DNA of 64,000 nt from a virus (Duplodnaviria; Caudoviricetes): IMG/VR virus record IMGVR_UViG_3300020434_000055; one strand, 5' to 3'. The position numbers and the translations under genes were made by a program. A model generated the notes under the pieces. That model worked only from the letters and a program-made list of their open reading frames with translations, did not search any database and was not told the DNA's origin. Shown here piece by piece: positions 9,074-18,882 of the stretch; positions within the stretch are counted from its first letter, which is position 1; every line of letters starts with the position of its first letter.

Positions 9074-9261
9074 TTTGTTTCAACTCTCCCGATGGTAAAT
9101 GGAGATTACAGATTAGAAATAGTGATGGAATGCCAGAAAAATGGTTTCAACCAAGATGGGAAGACTTAAAAAAGTTTCCACCTGCACCTTCCCACAAATA
9201 CACTACGAAAGAAATTATTGATGCAATGTCATCCTTTCATAAGGTTGACAAAACTCAATAA
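9070..9261 (+). CDS. Small hypothetical protein
   Basis: 63 aa ORF overlapping the rplL stop. Confidence 0.45.
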   Translation: MICFNSPDGKWRLQIRNSDGMPEKWFQPRWEDLKKFPPAPSHKYTTKEIIDAMSSFHKVDKTQ

Positions 9262-9273
9262 AATTGTTATAGT
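9245..9273 (+). promoter_or_regulatory. Sigma70-like promoter for the DNA polymerase
   Basis: TTGACA-N17-TATAGT. Confidence 0.75.
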
Positions 9274-9287
9274 AAAGAAAGGTTTAT

Positions 9288-9341
9288 AGTTGGCCAAAAG
9301 CAACTTGTTTGGTACGTGTCAGCCGAAAATGACATAAGGAG
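9288..9341 (+). promoter_or_regulatory. Twin stem-loop leader, putative translational operator of the polymerase mRNA
   Basis: AGTTG-gccaaaag-CAACT (9288-9305) and GTGTCA-gccgaaaa-TGACAT (9316-9335), directly followed by SD AAGGAG (9336-9341). Confidence 0.55.
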
Positions 9342-9346
9342 AATAA

Positions 9347-12016
9347 ATGAGTTATATAAATGGCTTCTTCGATAGAAGTCAAGACGTTATAAGAGTAGTA
9401 GAACGCGATAACGGAAAAAGAATTTTCAGAGAATATCCAGTCAAATATACATTTTATTACGAAGATACTCGTGGCAAATTTAAAAGCACTGACGGTAAGT
9501 ATCTAAGTAGAATTGTATGTAAAAATTCAAAAGATTTTCATAAAGAACTTGCAATTAATAGAAATAAAAATTTATACGAATCCGATATTAATCCTATTTT
9601 CCAATGTTTAAGTGAAAATTATCTCAATCAAAATGCTCCAGATTTAAAAATTGCTTTCTTTGATATAGAAGCAGACTTTGATCCTGAAAAAGGTTTTGCT
9701 TTACCAAGTGATCCTTTTATGCCAGTAACTGCTATTTCAATTTACTTACAATGGCTAGACAGCCTTGTAACTTTTGCTTTACATCCTAAAAATATGACAA
9801 TAGCACGAGCAAAAGAATCTGTAAAAAAATTTAAGAATGTACATTTATATGATGACGAAACAAAAATGATGACAGATTTTTTAGACATCCTAGAAGATGT
9901 TGATGTATTAAGTGGTTGGAATAGTGAAGGGTATGATCTTCCATATTTAATTAATAGAATATCTAAGATAATGAGCAAAGATGATACTAGACGTTTTTGT
10001 TTATGGAAACAATTACCTAAGAAACGAGAATTTGATAGATTTGGAAGAACGCAAGAAACATATGATTTAATCGGTCGTGTACATTTAGATAGTTTAGAAC
10101 TTTATAGAAAATACACATATGAAGAACGACATTCTTATAGATTAGATGCAATTGGTGACCACGAACTAGGAGAAACAAAAACTGTATATGAAGGATCTTT
10201 AGATCAATTATATAACGATGACTTTGCAAAATTTATTGAGTACAATAGACAAGACGTTGTATTATTAGATAAACTAGATAAAAAATTCAAATTTATATCT
10301 TTAACTAATGAACTTGCACATCAAAATACTGTATTACTACAAACCACATTAGGAGCAGTTGCAGTAACAGAACAAGCTATTATTAACGAAGCTCATAAAA
10401 GAGGTGTACAAGTACCTAATAGAATTAAACGTGAATCTCACTCAACAGAATCGGCGGCAGGTGCTTATGTGGCATATCCTAAAAAAGGATTACACAATTG
10501 GATTGGTGCAATGGATATAAAATCTCTATATCCTTCAGTAATTAGAGCATTGAATATGGCTCCTGAATGTATTGTTGGACAATTAAAACCTGTAGACACA
10601 GATGCGTATATAGAAGAACAAATGACATTACAAAAAAAATCATTTGCGGCGGCTTGGGAAAATCATTTTGGAACATTAGAATATGAAGCAGTAATGAAAG
10701 AAAGAAAAGATGTTTTAATTACTGTAAACTGGGAAGATGGTAAAACAGAAACAATGAGTGGAGCCCAAATTTACAAAATGATATTTGATACTAATGCTCC
10801 TTTAATGTTAAGTGCTAATGGTACAATATTTACAAGTGACTTTGAAGGTGTAATACCTGGATTATTAAGAAAATGGTACGACGAAAGATCTCATCTTCAA
10901 GAAATGAGACAAAAGGCTGTAAATGCTAAAAACTTTGCAGAAATAGAATTTTGGGATAAAAGACAACTTGTTAAAAAAATTAATCTTAATTCATTATACG
11001 GTGCCATATTAAATCCTGGCTGTAGATTTTTTGATAAAAGAATAGGGCAATCAACGACATTATCTGGTAGACAAATTACTAAACATATGGCGGCTAAAAT
11101 TAATGAAGTAACAACTGGAACGTATGATTATTTAGGAAAAGCAGTAATATACGGAGATACAGATTCAGCATATTTTTCAGCATATCCTATATTAAAAAAA
11201 GAAATAGAAACAGGTGAAATACCTTGGACTAAAGAAAGTGTTATCAAATTATATGATAAAGTTGCTGAAGAAGTTAATACTAGTTTTAAAAAATTTATGT
11301 TAAAAGCATTCCATTGTCCTAAAAATAGAGCAGATGTTATTACAGCAAGTAGAGAATCAGTTGCAGAAACAGGACTTTTTATTACTAAAAAAAGATATGC
11401 AGTATTAAATTATGAAGTAGAAGGAAATAGACACGATATAGAAGATAAATCTGGTAAAGTAAAAGCAATGGGTTTAGATTTAAAAAGATCTGATACTCCT
11501 GCGTTTGTACAAGATTTTTTAAGTGAATTATTATTAATGGTATTAACTAAAAAAACAGAAAAAGAAGTTTTAGAAAAAATTACTAAATTTAGAATTGATT
11601 TTAAACAAAGACCTGGTTGGGAAAAAGGATCTCCAAAAAGAGTAAACAATCTTGTAGAATATGTAAGAAAAGAGCAAAGACAAGGCAAAGCTAATATGCC
11701 AGGACACGTTAGAGCAAGTATGAACTGGAATAATCTTAAAAGAATGAACGGTGACAAACATTCTATGGAAATAGTAGACGGTATGAAAGTAATTGTATGT
11801 AAACTTAAAAAGAATCCATTAGAATATACATCTGTTTCATATCCAACGGATCAACTACGTATTCCAAAATGGTTTAAAGAATTACCTTTTGATGGTGACG
11901 CAATGGAATCTACTTTAATTGATAATAAATTAGGAAACTTACTAGGAGAACTAAACTGGGATATTCAATCAACTGAACAACATAATACTTTCAGTTCAAT
12001 GTTTGAATTTGAATAA
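9347..12016 (+). CDS. Family B DNA polymerase
   Basis: ExoI FDIEAD, ExoII GWNSEGYD, ExoIII YNRQD, DIKSLYPS, KINLNSLYG, YGDTDS. Confidence 0.95.
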   Translation: MSYINGFFDRSQDVIRVVERDNGKRIFREYPVKYTFYYEDTRGKFKSTDGKYLSRIVCKNSKDFHKELAINRNKNLYESDINPIFQCLSENYLNQNAPDLKIAFFDIEADFDPEKGFALPSDPFMPVTAISIYLQWLDSLVTFALHPKNMTIARAKESVKKFKNVHLYDDETKMMTDFLDILEDVDVLSGWNSEGYDLPYLINRISKIMSKDDTRRFCLWKQLPKKREFDRFGRTQETYDLIGRVHLDSLELYRKYTYEERHSYRLDAIGDHELGETKTVYEGSLDQLYNDDFAKFIEYNRQDVVLLDKLDKKFKFISLTNELAHQNTVLLQTTLGAVAVTEQAIINEAHKRGVQVPNRIKRESHSTESAAGAYVAYPKKGLHNWIGAMDIKSLYPSVIRALNMAPECIVGQLKPVDTDAYIEEQMTLQKKSFAAAWENHFGTLEYEAVMKERKDVLITVNWEDGKTETMSGAQIYKMIFDTNAPLMLSANGTIFTSDFEGVIPGLLRKWYDERSHLQEMRQKAVNAKNFAEIEFWDKRQLVKKINLNSLYGAILNPGCRFFDKRIGQSTTLSGRQITKHMAAKINEVTTGTYDYLGKAVIYGDTDSAYFSAYPILKKEIETGEIPWTKESVIKLYDKVAEEVNTSFKKFMLKAFHCPKNRADVITASRESVAETGLFITKKRYAVLNYEVEGNRHDIEDKSGKVKAMGLDLKRSDTPAFVQDFLSELLLMVLTKKTEKEVLEKITKFRIDFKQRPGWEKGSPKRVNNLVEYVRKEQRQGKANMPGHVRASMNWNNLKRMNGDKHSMEIVDGMKVIVCKLKKNPLEYTSVSYPTDQLRIPKWFKELPFDGDAMESTLIDNKLGNLLGELNWDIQSTEQHNTFSSMFEFE

Positions 12017-12017
12017 T

Positions 12018-12554
12018 ATGGCTACACACGGAATGATAGACTTGGAAACTTTAGATACTACACCTAATGCTACGATTCTTACATTAGGAGCAGTTAAATT
12101 TAATCCTTATAATAGTCAAACACCTCATACTGATTTATATCTAAAAGTAGATGTAGATGTACAAACAAAAATGGGAAGAATTGTAAATGATTCTACAATA
12201 GAGTGGTGGGGACAACAAAATAAAGAAGTTAGAGAAGATGCATTTGCAGAACAAGGAAGAATTAGTTTAGAAGAGTTAACAAAAACTCTTAACAAATGGT
12301 GCGTAGGATTAGATGAACTTTGGTGCCAAGGTCCATTATTTGACTACGCAATATTACAAAATTTATATGCACAATTAGAAAAACCTGTGCCTTGGGCTTA
12401 TTGGCAAATTAGAGACTCTAGAACAGTACTCAATATGTTGCCAAAAGATATGAGAAAAGGTCCTAGAACAGATGTTCACAATGCTTTGGCTGATTGCAAA
12501 TATCAAGCTAGAGCTATTCAAAAGGCATATAGATATTTTGGAGTTCAAAAATAA
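12018..12554 (+). CDS. DEDDh 3'-5' exonuclease
   Basis: MIDLET, WCQGPLFD, HNALAD. Start reset to ATG 12018. Confidence 0.8.
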   Translation: MATHGMIDLETLDTTPNATILTLGAVKFNPYNSQTPHTDLYLKVDVDVQTKMGRIVNDSTIEWWGQQNKEVREDAFAEQGRISLEELTKTLNKWCVGLDELWCQGPLFDYAILQNLYAQLEKPVPWAYWQIRDSRTVLNMLPKDMRKGPRTDVHNALADCKYQARAIQKAYRYFGVQK

Positions 12555-12568
12555 TGAAACATTTAAAC

Positions 12569-12597
12569 TTGACTTCGGATAAAAACCTAAATATAAT
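12569..12597 (+). promoter_or_regulatory. Sigma70-like promoter
   Basis: TTGACT-N17-TATAAT upstream of the clamp/DpdA-like operon. Confidence 0.8.
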
Positions 12598-12615
12598 AAC
12601 GAAACGGAGAAATAT

Positions 12616-13344
12616 ATGAAAAGTATCTTACAAGATATTGTTGCTCATACACATTCCTTAGGATTTTTAAGTTTAGTAAAAATCTCGAATGATGAGAAAA
12701 CAAAAATAGAAAGTATGGCTGAAGATCGTTCAGTTATATTAAGTGCAAATACCAATGACAAAGTAGACGAGTTTGATGGTATTTTTGGAATGCCTAATTT
12801 AGACAAATTAGCACTTCACTTAAAATGTCCAGAGTATGACAAAAATGCAAAATTAAATGTTGTGTCTTCTGTTAGAAATGGAAAAAAGGTCCCAACTAAT
12901 ATTCACTTTGAAAACGAAAAAGGTGATTTTCAAAATGATTATAGATTTATGAGTACTGAAATTATTAACGAGAAATTAAAATCTGTTAAATTTAAAGGTA
13001 CTGCTTGGGACATAGAGTTTGAACCTAGCATAGCGGCAATTCAAAGATTAAAATTGCAGGCGGCGGCTCACGTAGAAGAAACTGTATTCACAGTAAAAAC
13101 AGAAAATAAAAGTTTAATGTTTTATTTTGGTGATGCAAATTCTCACGCAGGAAACTTTGTGTTTCATAATGATGTAGGAATGGATCTTAAAAAGAACTGG
13201 AGTTGGCCTATTCAACAAGTTATTAGTATATTAAGTCTTGATGGAAGAATGAAAATGAAAATTTCTGATCAAGGAGCAATGCAAATAACTGTAGATAGTG
13301 GTGTTGGGGAATACAATTACATTTTACCAGCTCAAACAAAATAA
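12616..13344 (+). CDS. Probable DNA polymerase sliding clamp
   Basis: 242 aa alpha/beta repeating pattern, position beside the polymerase and exonuclease; assigned from size and context. Confidence 0.5.
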   Translation: MKSILQDIVAHTHSLGFLSLVKISNDEKTKIESMAEDRSVILSANTNDKVDEFDGIFGMPNLDKLALHLKCPEYDKNAKLNVVSSVRNGKKVPTNIHFENEKGDFQNDYRFMSTEIINEKLKSVKFKGTAWDIEFEPSIAAIQRLKLQAAAHVEETVFTVKTENKSLMFYFGDANSHAGNFVFHNDVGMDLKKNWSWPIQQVISILSLDGRMKMKISDQGAMQITVDSGVGEYNYILPAQTK

Positions 13345-13354
13345 GGAGCAATAC

Positions 13355-14818
13355 TTGAACACAGACTTAACAAAAGTTCAGAAAGATTGGGCGGTATTCT
13401 TGCCAGCGATGAGTAGTTTCTTCGCGAGAGATATAGGAAAAGCAAAACACGAAGATGATTATGTACTTCCTGAAAGAGTTCCTAAAAAGTTTGAACACGG
13501 AATCCAAGGTTTAAATTATATAGAACCAAAGGATACGTATTTTAACTATAAATGGAATTTATATTCCGCAGGTCACGCCGATTTGAATATGACAAAGTTT
13601 AGTGTTAGAGATGACATTATTAGAAATAGAAATAGAGCTAATAATTGGTTACTTGGAGACTCAGGTGGTTTCCAAATAGGTAAAGGTGTATGGGAAGGAG
13701 ATTGGAAAGATCCTGCTTGTCCTAAAGCAAGAAAGAAACGAGAACAAGTATTAACATGGTTAGATGCTAATATGGACTATGGAATGATATTAGATATTCC
13801 AGCTTGGGTTTCGAGATCACCCGAAGGTGCTAAAGCTAGTAATATTAATAGCTATCAAGAAGCTGTTAATGGTACAAAAATAAACAATGATTATTTTATG
13901 AAAAATAGAAAAGGTGATTGTAAGTTTTTAAATGTATTACAAGGTGAAAATTTCCAACAAGCAGACGATTGGTATGCACAAATGAAAGACTATTGTGATC
14001 CTAAAAAATATCCTAGTACACATTTTAATGGTTGGTCAATGGGTGGACAAAATATGTGTGATATACATCTTGCATTAAAGAGACTTGTAGCACTACGTTT
14101 TGATGGATTACTTGAAAAAGGTGTTCATGATGTTGTACACTTTTTAGGAACATCTAAACTTGAATGGGCAGTACTTTTAACAGATATACAAAGAGCTATA
14201 AGAAAATATCACAATCCAAATCTTATGATTACATTTGATTGTGCTTCTCCGTTTTTAGCTTGTGCCAATGGTCAAATTTATATTGATATCGAAATAAAAG
14301 ATAGAAAAAAATGGGTATACAGAATGCAGGCAAGTGCAGATAATAAAAAATATAAACCTGATCCCAGAACGTTTAAAGATGCTGTACTTGAAGAAAAAAT
14401 ATTTAAAAGTTTTAGAGATAGTCCAATTAGTAAAAGATTAATGCTTGATGATGTATGTTGTTATTCTCCTGGAGAATTAAACAAAATGAAAAATGATCCA
14501 AAAACTAGTTGGGATTCATTTAGTTACACTTTACAAATGGCTCACAATGTTTGGATGCATATTACAGCAGTACAAGAAGCCAATGAAGCATATGACAAAG
14601 GAATATATCCAAGTATGTTATTACAAGAACAATTTGATAGAGTTGCTTTTAAAGATATTGTAGAGGCAATATTTGCAACTAGTAATAGAGACGAAGCAAA
14701 TGCAGTAATTGAAGAATTTTCAAGATACTGGATGTCAATTATAGGAACAAGGGGGGCGACAGGCAAGAAAACAGTGAACGCAAGTACACAATTTGCTAAT
14801 TTATTTGAGGAGGAATAA
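13355..14818 (+). CDS. dpdA: TGT-fold guanine transglycosylase, DpdA-like (7-deazaguanine insertion into DNA)
   Basis: GDSGGFQ, ILDIP, NVLQG, HFLG and TFDCASP (nucleophile Asp position). No CxCxxC zinc site as found in bacterial tRNA TGT. TTG start at 13355 after AAGGAG. Confidence 0.7.
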   Translation: MNTDLTKVQKDWAVFLPAMSSFFARDIGKAKHEDDYVLPERVPKKFEHGIQGLNYIEPKDTYFNYKWNLYSAGHADLNMTKFSVRDDIIRNRNRANNWLLGDSGGFQIGKGVWEGDWKDPACPKARKKREQVLTWLDANMDYGMILDIPAWVSRSPEGAKASNINSYQEAVNGTKINNDYFMKNRKGDCKFLNVLQGENFQQADDWYAQMKDYCDPKKYPSTHFNGWSMGGQNMCDIHLALKRLVALRFDGLLEKGVHDVVHFLGTSKLEWAVLLTDIQRAIRKYHNPNLMITFDCASPFLACANGQIYIDIEIKDRKKWVYRMQASADNKKYKPDPRTFKDAVLEEKIFKSFRDSPISKRLMLDDVCCYSPGELNKMKNDPKTSWDSFSYTLQMAHNVWMHITAVQEANEAYDKGIYPSMLLQEQFDRVAFKDIVEAIFATSNRDEANAVIEEFSRYWMSIIGTRGATGKKTVNASTQFANLFEEE

Positions 14819-15009
14819 TGGTGAAGATAAAGAAAAAACTTAAAAAATTAAAATATGAGTTTGATTATTATCACAGAAAAGTCGAAGATATGGAAACTGA
14901 AAGGGACGAAGATAGAAGTTGGGAAGGAAAAGCATTATTAAAAAAGTTTAAAAAAATTAAACTTGCTTTAAAAACAGAAATAGAAAACTTTAGCAAAAAA
15001 ATAGATTAA
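14818..15009 (+). CDS. Small coiled-coil protein (DUF465/YdcH-like)
   Basis: H...E...LLKKFKKIKLALKTEI pattern. Confidence 0.5.
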   Translation: MVKIKKKLKKLKYEFDYYHRKVEDMETERDEDRSWEGKALLKKFKKIKLALKTEIENFSKKID

Positions 15010-15010
15010 T

Positions 15011-16000
15011 ATGAAAAGTTTAGTTATAGGTTTAAATTTTGGTCAATTATATACACGTGTTTTGAAAAAAATGGGACACGAAGTAATCACTGTGGATATT
15101 GATTCAAAACAAAATCCTATGTTTTTAGAATTAACTACAGCTCTAAAAACTCATCCTACATATGATACTATACATATTTGTACACCCAATAATACACATT
15201 ATATTGTTGCCCAAAAAGTTGCTAAACATGGTAAAATTATTTTTATTGAAAAACCAGGAGTTGAAACGCCACAACAATGGCAATTATTACAAACATTAAA
15301 TCCAGGCACTAAATTTATAATGACAAAAAATAATATGTTTAGAAGTAAATTATTTCTTGATAAAGTAAAAGAATCAGCATTACAAAGCGATACAATTGAA
15401 ATAAATTGGATTAATCAAGATAGAATACCTAATCCAGGTTCTTGGTTTACAAATAAAAAACTTGCATTTGGGGGCGTAACTCACGATTTATTTCCTCATT
15501 TATTAAGCATTTTTATTGAATTAAATCTAACCTCTTATCAAAATTTTAATATTAAAAATTTTCATAAAGAACAAAAATGGAATTTAAAAGATATTCATAT
15601 GAGATACGATGTGCATGGAAAAGAAATTAAAGAAGAAATAGGTCAAGGAGGCACATACGGTACAATTAATAAAGATGGTGTATATGATGTAGATGACCAA
15701 GCACAAATGGAATTATCTAATGATAATAAAACATTTAAAATAAAAGCAGATTGGAAACGTGGTCGCCCTGGACAAAAAGAAATAATATCTATAGATGATA
15801 TTGGTTTACATTTTTATAAAGACGATGTTGAACATTTAAACTTTATTGAGCTTGGACTTTGTCCGGAAAGTGCATATGAAAATATGATTAGACATTGTTT
15901 AGTACACCTTGAAGACAAAATGTTTTGGAACAAACAATTAGAATATGATTTATGGATACAAAAAGCAATTATAAATGATGACAAAGTTACTATACACTGA
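15011..16000 (+). CDS. Gfo/Idh/MocA-family NAD(P) oxidoreductase
   Basis: N-terminal Rossmann strand, HICTPNNTH, IFIEKPG, GGVTHDLFPH. Confidence 0.8.
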   Translation: MKSLVIGLNFGQLYTRVLKKMGHEVITVDIDSKQNPMFLELTTALKTHPTYDTIHICTPNNTHYIVAQKVAKHGKIIFIEKPGVETPQQWQLLQTLNPGTKFIMTKNNMFRSKLFLDKVKESALQSDTIEINWINQDRIPNPGSWFTNKKLAFGGVTHDLFPHLLSIFIELNLTSYQNFNIKNFHKEQKWNLKDIHMRYDVHGKEIKEEIGQGGTYGTINKDGVYDVDDQAQMELSNDNKTFKIKADWKRGRPGQKEIISIDDIGLHFYKDDVEHLNFIELGLCPESAYENMIRHCLVHLEDKMFWNKQLEYDLWIQKAIINDDKVTIH

Positions 16001-16889
16001 AGGTAAAGGTTCATTTAATGAAGGAACTATAGATATTCCTAGCATATCTAATGAACAAATTAAAGTTAAAGCAATATACACAGGAGTATGTAGAAGCGAT
16101 ATTGATATGATGCAAGGAAACTTTGGACCATTACCTTTAACTATGCAAGGTCATGAAGGATTAGGAAAAGTAATAGAAAAAGGAAAAAATGTATATGATG
16201 TAGACATAGGAGACTTTGTAGCAACTAGAGGAGAACCTGCATATGCAGACTTTTATAATTGTGAAGCAGGAACTTATGTTAAAGTACCCGAATGCGATCC
16301 TAAATATATTATAGAACCTGTTGCTAGTGGTATAAACATAATCAATTCTTGTAAGATGCCAATTGAAAGAAGAGGTAGAAAACAAGGAGCAAGATTATTA
16401 ATTATAGGAAGTGGGTTTTTAGCACAGGTTGTATATCATTATCTTTTAAATTTTATGTTAGAAAAAAATATTCATTTTAATATTACAGTATACGGTCATA
16501 GTAATAAAGAATTATGGGGCAACAAACTTTCTGATGCAATTGACGGAAAGTTTGATGTTGTAATTGATCTTAATAATAGAAATGAAGCATTTGAAAAAGA
16601 AATATTTAATACAGAAGCATTATTAATAATGGGTGCTGAAAAACCTAATAAAGTTACAACAACATTTTCTACAATGCTATGGAATTCAATGACTTTAAAA
16701 TTTCCTAGTCCAAGAGATAGTGGATTTATAGAGTGTATGCATAAAGCAGTAGAATTAATACATTCAGGTAAAATTGATGTATCTTCTTTTTGGACAAAAG
16801 GTTACGATAGAAATACAGAATGGAAAGATGCATTTAACGAAGGTCTTAATAGACCAAAAGGTTACAGTAGAGGATATATTAAGTGGTAA
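15975..16889 (+). CDS. Zn-dependent medium-chain dehydrogenase/reductase
   Basis: GVCRSD, GHEGLG, IIEP catalytic Zn ligands; IIGSGFL nucleotide-binding loop; no structural-Zn cysteine loop. Confidence 0.8.
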   Translation: MMTKLLYTEGKGSFNEGTIDIPSISNEQIKVKAIYTGVCRSDIDMMQGNFGPLPLTMQGHEGLGKVIEKGKNVYDVDIGDFVATRGEPAYADFYNCEAGTYVKVPECDPKYIIEPVASGINIINSCKMPIERRGRKQGARLLIIGSGFLAQVVYHYLLNFMLEKNIHFNITVYGHSNKELWGNKLSDAIDGKFDVVIDLNNRNEAFEKEIFNTEALLIMGAEKPNKVTTTFSTMLWNSMTLKFPSPRDSGFIECMHKAVELIHSGKIDVSSFWTKGYDRNTEWKDAFNEGLNRPKGYSRGYIKW

Positions 16890-16893
16890 AAAA

Positions 16894-17418
16894 ATGTTAG
16901 ATACAAGTAAAAGAAAAGAAACAACATTTTTTATAGGAACTGAAATAGAACAAACACCTATGAAAGGTACAAAAACTTTATTTGTAGTAGGTATTAAACC
17001 TGCAAACGAAATAGATAAAATTGCTAGTAAAAATAATATAAAAAATATTTACTTTGGAACAAGTCAAAGTTTTAACCCTAGCAATGAAACAGATTGGAAA
17101 GACTGGTATGTAATGATGACAATATTATTAGAAAAAAACTATTGGGTTACATTAGATTTTGATATCAGTTATTCCAATGACGTAATAGAGTCAGGATTAA
17201 TGGCCTTTGAAAGATTTATTCCAATGATAAGTGCCAAAATTCCAAATATAGAAAAACTGAATAAAAATGCAGTTTTAAAAATAGATGATACTACGTGGGG
17301 TCTAACAAATAAAGGAGTATGGTCCAAAGACCTGGCAACTTTAAAAGATACAATGCAATATACGGAATGGGCCGAATATAAAGACGACACCGTTTTGGAT
17401 ATTGACAATGAAAAGTAA
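16894..17418 (+). CDS. Hypothetical protein within the modification cluster
   Basis: ATG at 16894 just after the dehydrogenase stop; the track start at 16774 overlaps that gene. Confidence 0.7.
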   Translation: MLDTSKRKETTFFIGTEIEQTPMKGTKTLFVVGIKPANEIDKIASKNNIKNIYFGTSQSFNPSNETDWKDWYVMMTILLEKNYWVTLDFDISYSNDVIESGLMAFERFIPMISAKIPNIEKLNKNAVLKIDDTTWGLTNKGVWSKDLATLKDTMQYTEWAEYKDDTVLDIDNEK

Positions 17419-17430
17419 AGCTGTTATAAT
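17402..17430 (+). promoter_or_regulatory. Consensus sigma70 promoter
   Basis: TTGACA-N17-TATAAT, perfect consensus. Confidence 0.85.
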
Positions 17431-17460
17431 GGATAACTCATAAAAAAGAAAAGGAACGCA

Positions 17461-17838
17461 ATGAAAAAAATGATTTGGGTAACATTTAGAAAAGAAGGAA
17501 TTCACAAATATCCTGCGGCTCTAACTGACCCTAAATTAGCAACTGGAGATGAATATGATGTGTCATTTTTGGGACATCCCCATAGACATACATTTCATTT
17601 TAAAGTGGCGATCGAAGTATTCCACGATGATAGAGATATCGAATTCATCCAATTTCAAAGATGGATTTTGAGTTTATATGATCAAGGCACATTACAAAAC
17701 GACTTTAAAAGTTGTGAAATGATGTCAGATGATTTATATGCACAAATAAAAGATAGATATCCTGGTAGAGATATTGAAATAGATGTTTCTGAAGATGGAG
17801 AAAATGGATCACACGCAGTATATAATAAGGAAAAATAA
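17461..17838 (+). CDS. Second QueD-like T-fold protein, candidate CDG decarboxylase (DpdL-like)
   Basis: EGIHKYP...FLGHPHRHTFHFKV...DRDIEF...SCE...VSEDGENG; carries an LxxxHRHxF His cluster and lacks the QueD catalytic Cys motif. Confidence 0.6.
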   Translation: MKKMIWVTFRKEGIHKYPAALTDPKLATGDEYDVSFLGHPHRHTFHFKVAIEVFHDDRDIEFIQFQRWILSLYDQGTLQNDFKSCEMMSDDLYAQIKDRYPGRDIEIDVSEDGENGSHAVYNKEK

Positions 17839-18882
17839 ATGACAATTTATATTGTTGATTTGGAAGCAGTAGATACTCGATATACAAAAGAGTGGAAAGA
17901 ATATCTTCCAAGACAATTAAAAAAACATACTAATAGAGAAGTAGTTAATATTAGTGGAGGCGATACACCACAAACAACTACTCCTGGTGCTTTTTTAAAC
18001 TTTGGTGGAACAAATGTTTATAAAAGTAATCAATTAGCAAAAATTGGTCAAATGTTTTGTGAAAACAAAATAAAAGATGGAGACTATTTCCTTTATACAG
18101 ATGCGTGGAATCCTACAGTCTTACAATTAAAATATATGGCAGAATTATTAAATGTTAAAATTAAAATAGGAGGTATGTGGCACGCCGGTTCTTATGATCC
18201 TGCAGATTTTTTAGGACGTATTATTGGTGATAAACCTTGGGTAAGAAAAACAGAAGAAAGTATGTATGAAACTTTTGATCATAATTTCTTTGCAACAGAT
18301 TTTCATTTAAAAATGTTTTGTGATACATTTAAATGTACTTCAAAAGTAAAAAGAGTAGGTTGGCCTATGGAATATATGGAACATAATCTTGATTCATATA
18401 AAAATATGACTAAAAGAAATTTAATTTTATATCCGCATAGACTAGCCCCAGAAAAACAACCGGGTATTTTTCAAGACCTTAAAGATTCTTTATCATCTCA
18501 ATATGAATTTGTAGTATGTCAAGAAAGACCTTTAAGTAAAATACAATATCATAATTTATTAGGAGAAGCTAAATTAATTTTTAGTGCTAATTTACAAGAG
18601 ACACTAGGTATAAGTTGGTTTGAAGGTACCTTATTAGATGTTATACCTATGATTCCAAATAGATTAAGTTACACAGAAATGGCTATTGATGAATTTGTTT
18701 ATCCAAGTGAATGGACAAGTTCTACCGAACAATATCATAAACACAAAAAAGATATAATAGCAAAAATAAATGATTATATGGAGAATTATAAAACATATAT
18801 TCCAAAAATATGGAAACAAAGAGATGCCTTAAAAGAAAAATTCTTTTCTGGTAAACAATTATATAGGGAAATAAATGGCTAA
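17839..18882 (+). CDS. GT-B glycosyltransferase (GT4-like)
   Basis: WHAGSYD, PHRLAPEKQP and E-x7-E motif ETLGISWFE. Confidence 0.75.
   Translation: MTIYIVDLEAVDTRYTKEWKEYLPRQLKKHTNREVVNISGGDTPQTTTPGAFLNFGGTNVYKSNQLAKIGQMFCENKIKDGDYFLYTDAWNPTVLQLKYMAELLNVKIKIGGMWHAGSYDPADFLGRIIGDKPWVRKTEESMYETFDHNFFATDFHLKMFCDTFKCTSKVKRVGWPMEYMEHNLDSYKNMTKRNLILYPHRLAPEKQPGIFQDLKDSLSSQYEFVVCQERPLSKIQYHNLLGEAKLIFSANLQETLGISWFEGTLLDVIPMIPNRLSYTEMAIDEFVYPSEWTSSTEQYHKHKKDIIAKINDYMENYKTYIPKIWKQRDALKEKFFSGKQLYREING

Noticed and set aside
9347-12016. Eukaryotic giant-virus origin, or an intein, suggested by the family B polymerase
   Set aside because: SD sites, sigma70 promoters and baseplate/tail genes indicate a bacteriophage. 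The polymerase motifs are contiguous with no intein-sized insertion.
13355-14818. Reading the TGT-fold protein as a queuosine tRNA-guanine transglycosylase
   Set aside because: It lacks the CxCxxC/H zinc site of bacterial TGT, is much longer, sits among replication genes, and no queA, queF or queG is seen. A tRNA target is not formally excluded.
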